Positions 1 to 9,860 of a stretch of 51,457 nt of DNA are shown piece by piece. The stretch comes from an uncultured Candidatus Rokubacteria bacterium. GTDB lineage: Bacteria > Methylomirabilota > Methylomirabilia > Rokubacteriales > DASRDR01. The stretch's first letter is position 1, and each line of letters starts with the position of its first letter. The notes beneath the pieces are model-generated. The model ran no database searches and was not told where the DNA came from. It worked only from the letters and a program-made list of their open reading frames with translations. The stretch is from NCBI GenBank assembly GCA_963805625.1, contig CAWDVE010000007.1, positions 1 to 51,457 of the forward strand, given 5' to 3'. The translations under genes were made by a program, and so were the position numbers.

Positions 1-4
1 GGAG

Positions 5-221
5 GGCACCGGGCGACCTGCGCCACACCCCGGCCTTCGGCGGCCTCAGGCCTTGGGTGAACCAAGAAGCGAGGATCGGATTGGGGTCAGTGTCCGAGAA
101 TTGTCCGAGAACCTACGCCATGCCTGCCCAACCAGGCCCAAAAGAGGGCGGGCGAAGCCCGCGAAAACACTTGGTCTATATTGGTCCTGGTTGGCGTGGG
201 TCTCGCCCGCCGTCGGTCTCT
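5..221 (+). repeat. Arm family A upstream of att1
   Basis: Near-identical to 15454-15597 and similar to 37181-37396 and 40379-40500. Contains TGTCCGAGAA-T-TGTCCGAGAA at 91-111. Confidence 0.9.
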
Positions 222-266
222 TACAGTAATCAGTAGGTTGAGGTTCGATTCCTTCACGGCTCACCA
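218..266 (+). repeat. tRNA-Lys(CTT) 3'-half fragment, att1
   Basis: ctctTA-cag-TAatcagtaggttgaggttcgattccttcacggctcacca: anticodon loop, T-arm and CCA present, no 5' half. Has a 5-bp insertion and a 1-bp deletion. Confidence 0.9.
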
Positions 267-269
267 CTC

Positions 270-300
270 GGGGCGAGGGGCCCTGAACCCCTCGCGCCTT
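270..300 (+). terminator. GC hairpin after att1 (downstream family D1)
   Basis: ggggcgagggg-ccctgaa-cccctcgcgcc-tt. The same hairpin follows att3, 4, 5, 7 and 9. Confidence 0.6.
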
Positions 301-418
301 CTGCCGCATCAGTAGGTTGCCGTTGCCCATTGGGAAACCCTCGCTGGCACCCCATCCGCACCGCCGCTACAATTCCGCTATCTTCTTCCACAAACCCGAA
401 CTTCCGAAGGAGCACCCT

Positions 419-1333
419 ATGGCCAGCGTCTCCCAGCTCGGTTACGTCGGGATCGGCACCAGCGACGACAAGTCGTGGCAGGATCTCGCCACCAATATCC
501 TCGGCATGCAGGTCGTCCCCGGGGACGACAGGTCCACCTCCTATCTCCGCATGGATGAGTACCACCACCGCCTGGAGCTACGCGCCAACGGCAACGACGA
601 CCTCGAGTTCGTCGGCTGGGAGGTAGCCGATGCCACCACCCTCCAGCGTATCGCCCAGCAGCTCGAGGACGCCGGGGTGAGGGTCACCCCGGGCACCCGC
701 GACGAGGCCGACGACCGCCGCGTCATCGACCTCTTCAAGTGCGTCGACCCTAACGGGATCTCCACCGAGATCTTCTGCGGCCGGCCAGTCAACCAGCAGC
801 CCTTTCATCCGGCCCGCCCCATGAGTGGCTTCAAGACCGGCGACATGGGCCTCGGCCACATCGTGGTCTACGCGCACCGCTTAGATGACACCGTGCGCTT
901 CTACCGCGACCTCCTCGGCTTCCGGGTGTCCGATTTCACCGAGGTCCGAACGCCCGGCGGCAAGATTCGCCTTGCCTTCCTCCACTGCAACCCCCGCCAC
1001 CACTCCATCGCCATCCTCGAAGCCCCCGGTGCGCCCAAGCGCATCAACCATGTCATGTTGGAATGCAACTCACTGGACGACGTTGGCTCCGGCCGTGACC
1101 TCTGCCTGCAGCGCGGTGTCCCGATCGCCATCGACCTTGGCCGCCACATGAACGACCATATGGTCTCCTTCTACATGGCCAATCCCTCCAAATTCGCCAT
1201 CGAATATGGCTGGGGCGGCCGCACCATCGACGACACGACCTGGCAGGTCGAGCACTACACCGCCGTCGACAGCCTCTGGGGTCACCCCCAGCTCCGCGAC
1301 CTGGTCACCGGCAAGGCGCCGGGAGAGAAGTAG
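419..1333 (+). CDS. Extradiol ring-cleavage dioxygenase (BphC/HsaC-like, VOC family)
   Basis: RBS AAGGAG, start MASVSQLGYVGIG. Motifs GLGHIV, HCNPRHHS, NHVMLE, LGRHMND, IEYGWGG. Confidence 0.92.
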   Translation: MASVSQLGYVGIGTSDDKSWQDLATNILGMQVVPGDDRSTSYLRMDEYHHRLELRANGNDDLEFVGWEVADATTLQRIAQQLEDAGVRVTPGTRDEADDRRVIDLFKCVDPNGISTEIFCGRPVNQQPFHPARPMSGFKTGDMGLGHIVVYAHRLDDTVRFYRDLLGFRVSDFTEVRTPGGKIRLAFLHCNPRHHSIAILEAPGAPKRINHVMLECNSLDDVGSGRDLCLQRGVPIAIDLGRHMNDHMVSFYMANPSKFAIEYGWGGRTIDDTTWQVEHYTAVDSLWGHPQLRDLVTGKAPGEK

Positions 1334-1345
1334 ACCGTCCATCGG

Positions 1346-1544
1346 GTGAACCCATTCGCTGGGCACGGTCTCGTGGGTGAAACGAGTCGTAGGGCATATA
1401 TGGCGTCGGAGACTGGTTCCAGGCTGGTTCCAACGCACGCGAAGGCACCGTGAGGCGAGAACGGGTCGCCTCACGGCGCTTCTTTGATCTGACGTGGTGA
1501 TAGCTGCGGATGGCGTGTGGTGCGCCGCGACCGGATGGGACTCT
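1346..1544 (+). repeat. Arm family B upstream of att2
   Basis: Near-identical to 28606-28803. TGGTTCCA direct repeat at 1414 and 1425. Confidence 0.9.
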
Positions 1545-1554
1545 TAATCAGTAG

Positions 1555-1812
1555 GGCTCATCCGGGTTTTCCGTGGGTCACCCCCAGAGGTGGGGGGAGC
1601 CTCTGCGTGTTCCGGGGCCGGACAGCCGCATGGCACTCGTGGTGGGTGGCGTGGCCCCCGGCCGCTTCTGGAGCGGTCACCCAAGCCAAGGGGGCGGGGG
1701 GGTCGTCCACCGGAAGCGACCCAGGACCCCCAGTGTCTGGTGGACCGGGGTACCCCAAGTGACCGGGGTACCCCAAGTTGTAGGGGCTACCCACGGAAAA
1801 CCCGGAAGAACC
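1555..1812. mobile_element. 258-bp MITE, ISL3-like ends
   Basis: 30-bp imperfect TIRs (GGCTCATCCGGGTTTTCCGTGGGT.. / ..ACCCACGGAAAACCCGGAAGAACC, 26/30 match). 8-bp TSD ATCAGTAG at 1547-1554 and 1813-1820. No transposase. Confidence 0.88.
1743..1778. repeat. 18-bp tandem duplication inside the MITE
   Basis: GACCGGGGTACCCCAAGT x2, each with the palindrome GGGGTACCCC. Confidence 0.9.
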
Positions 1813-1854
1813 ATCAGTAGGTTGAAGGTTCGATTCCTTCGCGGCTCACCACGC

Positions 1855-1886
1855 AATCCCGGGGGTTTCCAGCCCCCGGGATTCTT
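1855..1886 (+). terminator. Hairpin after att2
   Basis: aatcccggggg-tttccag-cccccgggatt-ctt. Confidence 0.6.
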
Positions 1887-2216
1887 GTCTCAGGGTCCAG
1901 TAGCGGGATAGGAACCCACTCCAGAACCACTCCTCCGGTTGGGAAAGGCGGCGCAACATTGTGGGGGTCTGTTCCCGATGGCCCGGTTCTTGACCCGACA
2001 CGCCGACCTTGCGAGCGCAGGTGCCCGGGATAGTGCGTGTGATCACACGCATCGGCGTGCTTCCCAAGCACGGCCGCGGTGTTGCTCGATCCGGAGGACT
2101 TCGACGACATGCTGGGGAGCTGGACCCTGGGTCTTTCGGAAGGCGGTCCCTGGTGAGCCTACTCGAGGTCGGAAAGAACTTTCGCGGCCGACTGTCCCGC
2201 AATGGGCGCCGGGCTG

Positions 2217-3758
2217 TCAGGGGCCATTGCGGTGGAGGTTGAAGCGGCGGAGGTCGATCTGCGCGTTCGGGTAGGGCTTCCAGGCGAGAGACCGGCGGAG
2301 ACCGTACACGTACACCGGTTGTAGGACCGGGATCCAGGGCAGATGCTCGAGAAAGATGTCCGTCATCTCTCTGTATGCCTGGCGCCGGAATCGCTCGTCG
2401 ACGCTGACGTGGGCGGCAGCTCCAAGCTCGTCGAAGCGGTGATGGCGCCACAGGTCATGACCACCTCCGGGCCCGAGAAGGCGCCACATCAGCCCGTCGG
2501 GATCGGCGACGGTCGAGATGGGAGCCGCCCACCGGAGCCCCTTGAAGCTTCGCTCTCGGGTCTTCTGTGCGAGGACCGAGTACTCCACGATCTCCAGGTG
2601 GGCATTGATCCCGACATCGCGCCACATGCCAACGACCGCCTCGCCCATCGTCTTGTCGTTGGTCAGGTACCCCGTCGTGGATTCCAGGACCACTTCCTCG
2701 TTACGGTACCCGGCCTCGCTCAGGCGGCGGCGGGCGAGAGACGGGTCGTAAGAAAGCGGGGGCCGCGTCTCCTCGTAGAAGCTGTCCCCGCGAGGGATGG
2801 GACCGTTGGGAAGGAGTCCCCGGCCCCGCCAGAGTTCCTTGATGATGGTCGGTCGGTCGATGGCGAGCGACAGCGCCTGCTTGACCAGCGGGTTGTCGAG
2901 GGGCGGGCGCCGGGAGTTGACGCCGAGCACGTACAGCGCATCGAGCAAGATCTCTTCCACTTTAGTCGCGGGATTCCCGTCCACCCGATCGATGTGATCC
3001 GGCCCGATACCACTCGTGAGATCCACCTCGCCGCGGAGCAGTGCAGCAATGCTGAGCGCGGGCTCCGGGATCGTCCGGAAGACGACCCGTTCCGCATCGA
3101 TTGCGCCACCCCAATAGTCTGGCACTGCCGCCAGCACGAGCCGGTCGCCGGTGACGCGCTCTACGAACCGCACCGGCCCTGTCCCCACCGGCTGCGCCTC
3201 AACCCCGTCGGGGCCCACGCTTTCCACGTACCGCCTGGAAAGTATCTGCCCGCCGAGGAAGGCGAGGCGTGCTGGCAGGAGCGGGTCGGGTGCACGCATG
3301 TGGAACCGGACAAGGTAGGGGTTGGGCGTCTCGATCCGCTCCACGGTCGTAAAGGTGGATGCGACGAGCGCCTTGGCGGCGGGATCGTAGGTGCGCTCGA
3401 TGCTGTACTTGACGTCAGCAGAGGAGAATGGGTCCCCGTTGTGGAATCGAACGCCACGGCGGAGCTGGAACTCCCAGATGGTCGGTCCCACGAGCTTCCA
3501 GGTGAGCGCGAGCGACGGGTAGAGCCGGTGGTCCCGCCGCCGCGCGACGAGCGTGTCGTAGAGGACGAACAGCGCACCGAGGTCGGTGCTGTAGTGGGGA
3601 TCGAGGCGCGCGACATCGGTCCCCTGGGCGATGACGAGATCTCGGGAGCGCGCCTCCTGGGCCAGCGCCCAGGGCGCGAGCCCGCCCACGGCGCTTGCCA
3701 GTACGCCGCCGGTTTTCCGCAGGAGGGTCCGGCGCGAGAGGTCCCTGGCCCCGCTCAC
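2217..3758 (-). CDS. ABC transporter substrate-binding protein, family 5 (peptide/nickel), Tat signal
   Basis: GTG start overlaps the upstream stop. SRRTLL Tat motif, LRRGVRFHNGDPFSSADVKYS, PVGTGP. Confidence 0.88.
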   Translation of the reverse strand: MSGARDLSRRTLLRKTGGVLASAVGGLAPWALAQEARSRDLVIAQGTDVARLDPHYSTDLGALFVLYDTLVARRRDHRLYPSLALTWKLVGPTIWEFQLRRGVRFHNGDPFSSADVKYSIERTYDPAAKALVASTFTTVERIETPNPYLVRFHMRAPDPLLPARLAFLGGQILSRRYVESVGPDGVEAQPVGTGPVRFVERVTGDRLVLAAVPDYWGGAIDAERVVFRTIPEPALSIAALLRGEVDLTSGIGPDHIDRVDGNPATKVEEILLDALYVLGVNSRRPPLDNPLVKQALSLAIDRPTIIKELWRGRGLLPNGPIPRGDSFYEETRPPLSYDPSLARRRLSEAGYRNEEVVLESTTGYLTNDKTMGEAVVGMWRDVGINAHLEIVEYSVLAQKTRERSFKGLRWAAPISTVADPDGLMWRLLGPGGGHDLWRHHRFDELGAAAHVSVDERFRRQAYREMTDIFLEHLPWIPVLQPVYVYGLRRSLAWKPYPNAQIDLRRFNLHRNGP

Positions 3759-4678
3759 GGCCGCCACAGGGTCGCGCGACACTGCGCTGGGAACTGGCGC
3801 AGGTACGAATCGAGCCGGAGCGCAAGTACCTCGCGACACGCGGCCCGGTCCTCGTCCGGATCGATCAATGGTGCCGGCAGGGGCGGATGGATGGTGATGA
3901 CGCGGTGACGACCGTCCCGGTGGGCCAGCACCGGCAGCGTCGTGGCGCCAGTGTGCCGACGCAGCACGAACCACCCCGATCGGATGACAAGTGGCCCGCC
4001 GGGCAGGGGGATCCGGAATGCCGCCGCTCCGTTCGCCCCGTCGGCCGCGATGGAGAGGAGACCTTTGGCGCCAAGATGCTGCCGTGCCTGGTGGAGAGCC
4101 ACCGCCCAGTGGCTCGGCTCCCCGCTGTCGACTGGGATGGACCCGAGTGAGCTGTGGATCCGGCGCCACCCGGAACCCATCGAGAAGTCCAGCCCGACCG
4201 GGCCATGGAGTGACCTCACCGGATAGTCGAGGAGTCGTAGGGCCAGACCGGACCCCGGCGGGCCCACGTGGAAGCCCAGGAGGATCACGCCGCCCCGCTC
4301 CCACGCCCGTGCCAGATGCTCCTCCCCGATGACCTGGAGTCGGTCGCGCAGGATCTGGGGATCTCGGATTCCCACCAGCGCCTCCTGGGCTACGAACCGC
4401 CCGTGATGAGCGAGCAGGGCGAACGCGAGACCCCAGCGACCGCGACGCCCTCGAGGTTGCGCGGATGACCACTCGAGCGCACGCCGGAGGAGTGCTGGTC
4501 GGGCGAGGGCCTGAAGAACGGCCAGGCCCGCCATAACCTCCTCGCCCACCGGCCACGGCAAGGAATCTAAAGCCCGGGCCACCCAGCCTGTTAGAGCCGC
4601 GCCGCGACCTCGCCGGGTCGGCGCCCGGTCGGACCAGAGGTCGGGGACACCCTGGGCATGGACTCCAGGGGCGCTCAC
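3755..4678 (-). CDS. Lysophospholipid/lipid A-type acyltransferase (LpxL-like)
   Basis: GEEHLARAWERGGVILLGFHVG and IAADG motifs. Coupled to neighbours by GTGA overlaps. Confidence 0.7.
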   Translation of the reverse strand: MSAPGVHAQGVPDLWSDRAPTRRGRGAALTGWVARALDSLPWPVGEEVMAGLAVLQALARPALLRRALEWSSAQPRGRRGRWGLAFALLAHHGRFVAQEALVGIRDPQILRDRLQVIGEEHLARAWERGGVILLGFHVGPPGSGLALRLLDYPVRSLHGPVGLDFSMGSGWRRIHSSLGSIPVDSGEPSHWAVALHQARQHLGAKGLLSIAADGANGAAAFRIPLPGGPLVIRSGWFVLRRHTGATTLPVLAHRDGRHRVITIHPPLPAPLIDPDEDRAACREVLALRLDSYLRQFPAQCRATLWRP

Positions 4679-4938
4679 TCGCGCGGTCCAGCCCGGACGA
4701 CCGATGCAAGCGTTCCTAGGCTGGTCAAGTCCTGCGGGCCGACCCCTCGGTCGCCCTCGAGGGTCACGCCCATCTCTTCCTCGCACGCGAGCAGCACCTC
4801 CAGGAGCTCAACGGAGTCCAGCCAGAAACCTCCCTCGCCCAGCAGGGTCTCCGGGCCGATCGTGGCCGGGCGGCGGTCGGGGCCGGCCACCCGGACGACG
4901 ATCGCCCGGATACGGTCGAAGGATGGGTCGACGGTCAC
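4675..4938 (-). CDS. Acyl carrier protein
   Basis: Acidic ~87 aa protein with WLDSVELLEVLLACEEEMGV phosphopantetheine motif. GGAG RBS before GTG. Confidence 0.85.
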   Translation of the reverse strand: MTVDPSFDRIRAIVVRVAGPDRRPATIGPETLLGEGGFWLDSVELLEVLLACEEEMGVTLEGDRGVGPQDLTSLGTLASVVRAGPRE

Positions 4939-4973
4939 GATAGGAGGCTCCAGCGCGGACGCGAGGTTGCTGC

Positions 4974-6383
4974 TTATCCCAGTAGAGCCCGGCATGCGGT
5001 TCGATCGACCTTCCCGCCGGGCAGGCGCGGAAGCTCGCGAACGAAGCGAATCACCCGAGGGTAAGACCAGGGCGGAAGATGCTGCGCGACGTGCGCACGA
5101 ATGGCCTCCCCGGTCGGGTTGTCCGTAGTCTCCAAGAGCGCGGCGAGCACAGGACCGGCGGGCCCCTCGGCCGACAGCACCTCGGCCTCAACGACCGCGG
5201 GGTAGCTGGCGAGCACCGCGGCCACCTCGGCGAGGTTGACCAGATGACCGGCGCCTGTCTTGACGCAATCGTCCAATCGTCCGAGGAAGTGGAGATACCC
5301 GGCCTCGTCCAGGCGACCGAGATCGCGCGTCGGTCGCCACCCGTCGCGCTCCAGCACGGGCTCCAGGGCTGGCGGATACCCATAGCCTTCCATCGGCCAC
5401 GGGGTCCTTGCCCAGATCCGACCGCTCCGTCCGGCCGGGAGTGGCTCCCATGGATCGTCCCCGATTCGCACGTCGGCACCCGCCATGGGTCGCCCCAACG
5501 TTTCTGGTCGAACATTGGCCGCCACAGCGGCGTCGAGCGTCACTGGTCCGGTCTCCGTACTCGAGTAGCCGCCCCGGAGTGGCACGCCGAAGCGTTCCTG
5601 GAAGGCGCGGAAGACGCGCTCGGGGACCTTCAGGCTGGAACAGGCGGCTGGTGCCCTGCACACCCGTGGGGGAGCGCTGCGCACCAGCGCGTCCGCCATG
5701 ACAGCACTGCCCGACCAGTAGTGATACTCGCCGGAGGCGAAGAGTGCGAGCAGGGCGCGGTGATCAAAGCGCTCCAGGAGGCCAACGTGGCAGCCCGCAA
5801 CGGTTGCCCCCAAGAGGGCGTCGTTCAGCGCGTGTCCCCGGAAGAGTGGGAGCGCGCACGCGATGCCGCCGCCCGGTGGCACCGCGAGCGCCTCGAGCCG
5901 CGCCGACGCTGCGGCCAGGAGCTTCGGCATAGACCGGTACACCGGCTTGGGCGGACCCGTGGTGCCCGACGTGAACATCACGAGCCCGGGGCCAGTCAGG
6001 ATGGCGAGCCCGGCACTGCCCAGCCCAGCCCCGATCCTGGGCTCGGGCACGACCGCCGGTCTCAGCCCCAGGCGTTCGGCCGCCGGCGCAAGGCCCGTGA
6101 ACCAGGGCAGGAGGAAGACCAGCGTCCCGGTCGGTAGGGGGGGCGACGTGCGCCACGCCCGCTGGTCTGGCGGGAGGACGATCAGCGGAACGGGCAGGGA
6201 AGAGAGCGCGAAGAAGAGCGCCACCGCCAGGGGGTGATTCGTCATCACCACGGCGATCGCGCCCGACGGTCCACCGAGGTCGCCCAGGGCGAAATCACGC
6301 CAGCCGGCCGCGATCCCCGCCAGCTCCTCGGACGCCCACCGCCGCCCCTGGAACAGCGTCGCGGGTGGATTGAAGCTCGGCAT
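4974..6383 (-). CDS. AMP-dependent ligase (class I adenylate-forming, acyl-CoA/acyl-ACP ligase)
   Basis: MFTSGTTGPPK, GYSSTETG, TRDLG, LPRLPGGKVDR. Confidence 0.88.
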   Translation of the reverse strand: MPSFNPPATLFQGRRWASEELAGIAAGWRDFALGDLGGPSGAIAVVMTNHPLAVALFFALSSLPVPLIVLPPDQRAWRTSPPLPTGTLVFLLPWFTGLAPAAERLGLRPAVVPEPRIGAGLGSAGLAILTGPGLVMFTSGTTGPPKPVYRSMPKLLAAASARLEALAVPPGGGIACALPLFRGHALNDALLGATVAGCHVGLLERFDHRALLALFASGEYHYWSGSAVMADALVRSAPPRVCRAPAACSSLKVPERVFRAFQERFGVPLRGGYSSTETGPVTLDAAVAANVRPETLGRPMAGADVRIGDDPWEPLPAGRSGRIWARTPWPMEGYGYPPALEPVLERDGWRPTRDLGRLDEAGYLHFLGRLDDCVKTGAGHLVNLAEVAAVLASYPAVVEAEVLSAEGPAGPVLAALLETTDNPTGEAIRAHVAQHLPPWSYPRVIRFVRELPRLPGGKVDRTACRALLG

Positions 6384-6606
6384 TGAGGGCACCCTCTCTC
6401 CGTGCTCGATGCGGGTCTTTCGGGCCGAGAATCGGTCAGAACCGACATCGCGTCAAGCGGACGTCGGTCGCATGGACGAGTGGCGCAGCGTTCGATGATT
6501 CCGGCGAGCGGTCCAGCGCCTTGGGTGGATTGATCCACACTTGGGTGGGGCACGCCGGTGGCCGGGGCAGTCCGCGAGGGAAGCGCTCGGGGTGGGCCGC
6601 GTAGGC

Positions 6607-6765
6607 CGTGGCGAGCTCCTCAGCGGCGCGAAGACCGTGCCCGCGTCGGAGACGACCGTCATCAAGTCGGTGGGCCTCGCGATCAAGGACCTGGCGACGG
6701 CGCGCCTCGTGTACGACGCGGTCCTCACGCGGGGGCCACGGGCAGAACCGCCGGCCGGGGGGTGA
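6607..6765 (+). pseudogene. Ornithine cyclodeaminase/mu-crystallin C-terminal fragment
   Basis: GELLSG..TTVIKSVGLAIKDLATARLVYD matches the OCD C-terminus. No N-terminus. Confidence 0.7.
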
Positions 6766-6780
6766 CCCCTCCCCCCTAGC

Positions 6781-8388
6781 TCAGCTGTCCTCTCCGGGGC
6801 CCCGGCTCGGCCGTTCGGAGTGCAGATGCATGACCTTGCCGGAGGCGAGCGCGATCGGCGGCCGCCGCTCGACTCGCAGGAAGTCGGCGTGCTGCCAGAG
6901 GAGGCCTACGAGGCGCTCGATCCCCGAGCCGGGCCCGATCGCCTCGAGGAACACTCGGGCCGCCTCTCCGGAGCGGAGCGGTCCGACCGCGGGATGGATC
7001 AGGAGTCGAAGGCTCGGGTGGCCGTCCGACGTTTCGGACTCGACCAGCTGGTAGTCGCCCGGGCGCCCGCCGAGCCGAGCGGGTAGGACGTGCTCGAGCA
7101 CCCGGATCACGTCCGCGTCGAGAAAGGCGATGCCCCCCGCGGTCAGCTTCTCGAAGCTCCGGATCGTCTCGAGGTGGGTCGCCCAGCCGAGCGCCTCCAG
7201 GGGGCAGCCGCACCGCCGGCGGACCAGCCGGGCCTCGTCGCCCAGCGACACGTTCAGGAGGACGAACGGCGCGCTCGGGAGCAGCGAGGAGAGGAGCAGG
7301 GCGAACGGCGACAATCCGGCAGGGCCTCCGGCCGAGCTCGGCTGGATGACGGCGTGGGTGTCGTCGAGCAGGTGCACGTCGTCGGGGACCCGAGGCGCCA
7401 GGCACCCGGCGCCGAGCGGGCCGCCCATCTCCATGGCGCCGTAGCTCGTCGCCACGTCCGCCCGGACCCGGCGAATGAGCTCGAGGCGCGTTTCGGTGAC
7501 CGGCTCGCCCGAGAGCGTGAGGCGGACGCCTTCGAGGTCCGCGCCGGCGTCGAGGGCGGCATGGGAGAGCCGGGCCGCAGGACTCGGCGCCAGGAAGAGG
7601 TGCGGGGTCCCTCCGCCCCGGCGGACGTCCACCATCCACCGGACGATCTCGTGCGGTGAGTCGACCGGAACGTGCTGCATCCGAGGGAGCGGCACCCCGG
7701 CCAAGAGACCGCCCCACCGCATGGCCCGCGCGCTCCAGCGATACCGAGGATGAAGCTCCAGCGAGCCGGGATCGACGGGAGAGAACCAGCGGACCGGCAC
7801 GGCCCCGGCCGCCGCGTACCGGAGCAGCACCCGCATCGGCGTGCCACCGGGAACGGTCCACACCGCGTGACTCGCCCGCGTCCAGCCGCGGGCGTCCAGC
7901 ACCAGCCGCTGGTCGACGGCATGGTCGCGGACGGAAGCGAGATCGAGCAGGGCCACCGTCGGGGTCCCCCGGCTTCCGCCCGTGTGAACCGGGACGTGCG
8001 CGACCGTTGACGGATTCCGGAGTCGACCGGGATCGGCGGCGATGGTGGTGGTGCCCCGGGTGACCGGGCGCCGCCCCTTGAACTCGTCGACCGTGAGATA
8101 CACGCCCTTCACGAACAGGACGCGGAGCGCCTGCTCAATCCCGTCCTGGCTCACGAGCCGCTCGAGGTCACCGTATTCACAGCCTGCGAAGTCCAGCAGC
8201 TGGCGATAGGGACTCTCCGGATTGCCGTAGAGGGCCCGGCGGGCGAGGGCGAGGAAGGTGTGTTCCCGTTGCTCCAACCGGCGGCGAAGGATGACTCGAG
8301 CTTCCTGCCCGGTGACGGGCCGGCGAAGGAACGCGGGGAGGCGGAAGAAGAACCTCGACGCGACGAGGAGGTCCGGCAGTGAGCTCAC
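6781..8388 (-). CDS. Phenylacetate-CoA ligase/F390-synthetase-like protein of unknown function
   Basis: TGGSRGTP loop, SGEP, YGAME, LNVSLGD, SGK near the C-terminus. Paralog of 16191-17786. Confidence 0.7.
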   Translation of the reverse strand: MSSLPDLLVASRFFFRLPAFLRRPVTGQEARVILRRRLEQREHTFLALARRALYGNPESPYRQLLDFAGCEYGDLERLVSQDGIEQALRVLFVKGVYLTVDEFKGRRPVTRGTTTIAADPGRLRNPSTVAHVPVHTGGSRGTPTVALLDLASVRDHAVDQRLVLDARGWTRASHAVWTVPGGTPMRVLLRYAAAGAVPVRWFSPVDPGSLELHPRYRWSARAMRWGGLLAGVPLPRMQHVPVDSPHEIVRWMVDVRRGGGTPHLFLAPSPAARLSHAALDAGADLEGVRLTLSGEPVTETRLELIRRVRADVATSYGAMEMGGPLGAGCLAPRVPDDVHLLDDTHAVIQPSSAGGPAGLSPFALLLSSLLPSAPFVLLNVSLGDEARLVRRRCGCPLEALGWATHLETIRSFEKLTAGGIAFLDADVIRVLEHVLPARLGGRPGDYQLVESETSDGHPSLRLLIHPAVGPLRSGEAARVFLEAIGPGSGIERLVGLLWQHADFLRVERRPPIALASGKVMHLHSERPSRGPGEDS

Positions 8389-8588
8389 GTTGGAACCCTT
8401 CCCACGATGGTATCCCCGCGAAGGACCTACAGCGACGGTCGGTTGGCGAGCCCCGAGAGGCTCAGTGACCGGATTCGGCGTGATAGTTTAGGCGGCGATG
8501 AGATCCCGCGGGTCGTCCGCCCGCTCGCTTGCCGAACGCACGAGGGTGGGCGGACACCAGGGAGCTCTGCGAGCGTCCGACCGAGTCC

Positions 8589-9554
8589 ATGGCGGCTGAC
8601 CCGGAGCGACCGTGCCCTCTGTGCGGGGCGACGACGGTGCGGCTCGTCATTCCGACGTCGATCCCAAGCGCGGCCGGGGTGCCCTATCGCGTCGTGGCCT
8701 GCACGGCCTGCGGGCTCCGGTACACGCGCCCGCTGCCGAGCGCGGCCGAGCTCGAGGCGCTCTACCCGCCGGGGTACCACACGAACAACTCCCCGCGGCT
8801 CTGGAGCCGGGACTTCCCCCGGGTTGTCCTCGAGCGGTGGGTGATGTGGGAGCGGCGCCGTGACCTGACCGGGCTGCCGCGCGGTCGGGTCCTCGACGTG
8901 GGCTGCGGCAACGGAGGGTTCCTCGCCAGCCTGCAGGTCCGGGGGTGGACGGTCCAGGGCACCGACACCTCTGCGCCCGGGTGCGAGGTCTCCCGGTCCA
9001 GGGGAATCCCCGTGCACCACGGCGATCTCGCCGGGGCAGGATTTCCGGACGGGTCGTTCGACGTGGTGACCCTCTGGCACGTGCTGGAGCACGTCGCCGA
9101 GCCCCTGACGGAGCTCGCGGAGATCCGGCGCATCCTGCGTCCGGGGGGGCGCCTCGTGGTCCAGGTGCCCGACGCCGATTCCCTCACGCTCCGGCTGTGC
9201 GGCGATCGATGGTTTCCGTTTGACGTGCCGCGGCATCTCCAGCACTTCACGCCCCAGTCGCTCCGGGAGACGCTGGAGCGGGCCGGGTTCGTGACGCTTC
9301 GCGAGCGGCGCTTCCAGCTCACGGACGTGGCCGCGTCCTTCTACAGCTTCCTGCGCGTCGTGACCCCGCCTCGGAGCGGGTCCGTGCGGTGCTTCGGCCG
9401 CGACTACAAGTTCGCCTCCGTGGGCGCCCGCATGCGCTTCCTGGCGGTGGGCCTTCCCATCCTGGCCTGCTGTTTTCTCTACACGCCGTGCGCTCGGGTG
9501 CTCACCGGTCACGGTGAGACCATCACGGCGTCCTGTCGAGTGCGGTCGCCGTGA
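8589..9554 (+). CDS. Class I SAM-dependent methyltransferase with N-terminal Zn ribbon
   Basis: CPLC...CTAC, VLDVGCGNG, FDVVTLWHVLEHV. Confidence 0.9.
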   Translation: MAADPERPCPLCGATTVRLVIPTSIPSAAGVPYRVVACTACGLRYTRPLPSAAELEALYPPGYHTNNSPRLWSRDFPRVVLERWVMWERRRDLTGLPRGRVLDVGCGNGGFLASLQVRGWTVQGTDTSAPGCEVSRSRGIPVHHGDLAGAGFPDGSFDVVTLWHVLEHVAEPLTELAEIRRILRPGGRLVVQVPDADSLTLRLCGDRWFPFDVPRHLQHFTPQSLRETLERAGFVTLRERRFQLTDVAASFYSFLRVVTPPRSGSVRCFGRDYKFASVGARMRFLAVGLPILACCFLYTPCARVLTGHGETITASCRVRSP

Positions 9555-9585
9555 CGCGCGCCCGATCCTGGCCCACGACGCGAGC

Positions 9586-9726
9586 TTGCAGCAACCGCTC
9601 GACCAGGAGGATCTTCCCGTGCTCGTTCATCGCGCTCCGACAATTGCTCAGGATCTCAAGCGCCCGTTCGTCGTTCCAATCGTGGATGATGTTCTTCAGA
9701 ATGTACTCGTCCCATCCGGACGGCAC
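9586..9726 (-). pseudogene. O-methyltransferase (Methyltransf_2) fragment
   Basis: YILKNIIHDWNDERALEILSNCRSAMNEHGKILLVE. Confidence 0.75.
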
Positions 9727-9860
9727 CGGATTCCTCGGCTATGTCGAGGGCGGTGACGGGCCCAAGGAAGGACCAGGAAAGATCCTTAGGACTGCCTACC
9801 TCGGGCTCAGTGGGCCGACCTCGCGCCGCCCGCGAGCGCCAGAGGCCACCAGCGACGGGC

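Larger units (their letters stand above)
1541..1851 (+). repeat. tRNA-Lys 3'-half fragment att2, interrupted by a MITE
   Basis: ctcttaatcagtag (1541-1554), then the insert, then atcagtaggttgaaggttcgattccttcgcggctcacca (1813-1851). Confidence 0.9.

Noticed and set aside
267-300. Hairpins as integron attC sites
   Set aside because: They are short simple stems without the RYYYAAC/GTTRRRY ends, and there is no intI.
1890-2216. Possible ORFs or ncRNA after att2
   Set aside because: No recognisable motif in any frame.
3759-4709. N-terminal extension of the 830-aa ORF, and similarly of the 819-aa ORF at 16191-18650
   Set aside because: These are shadow frames over real genes in GC-rich DNA. The true starts are 3758 and 17786.
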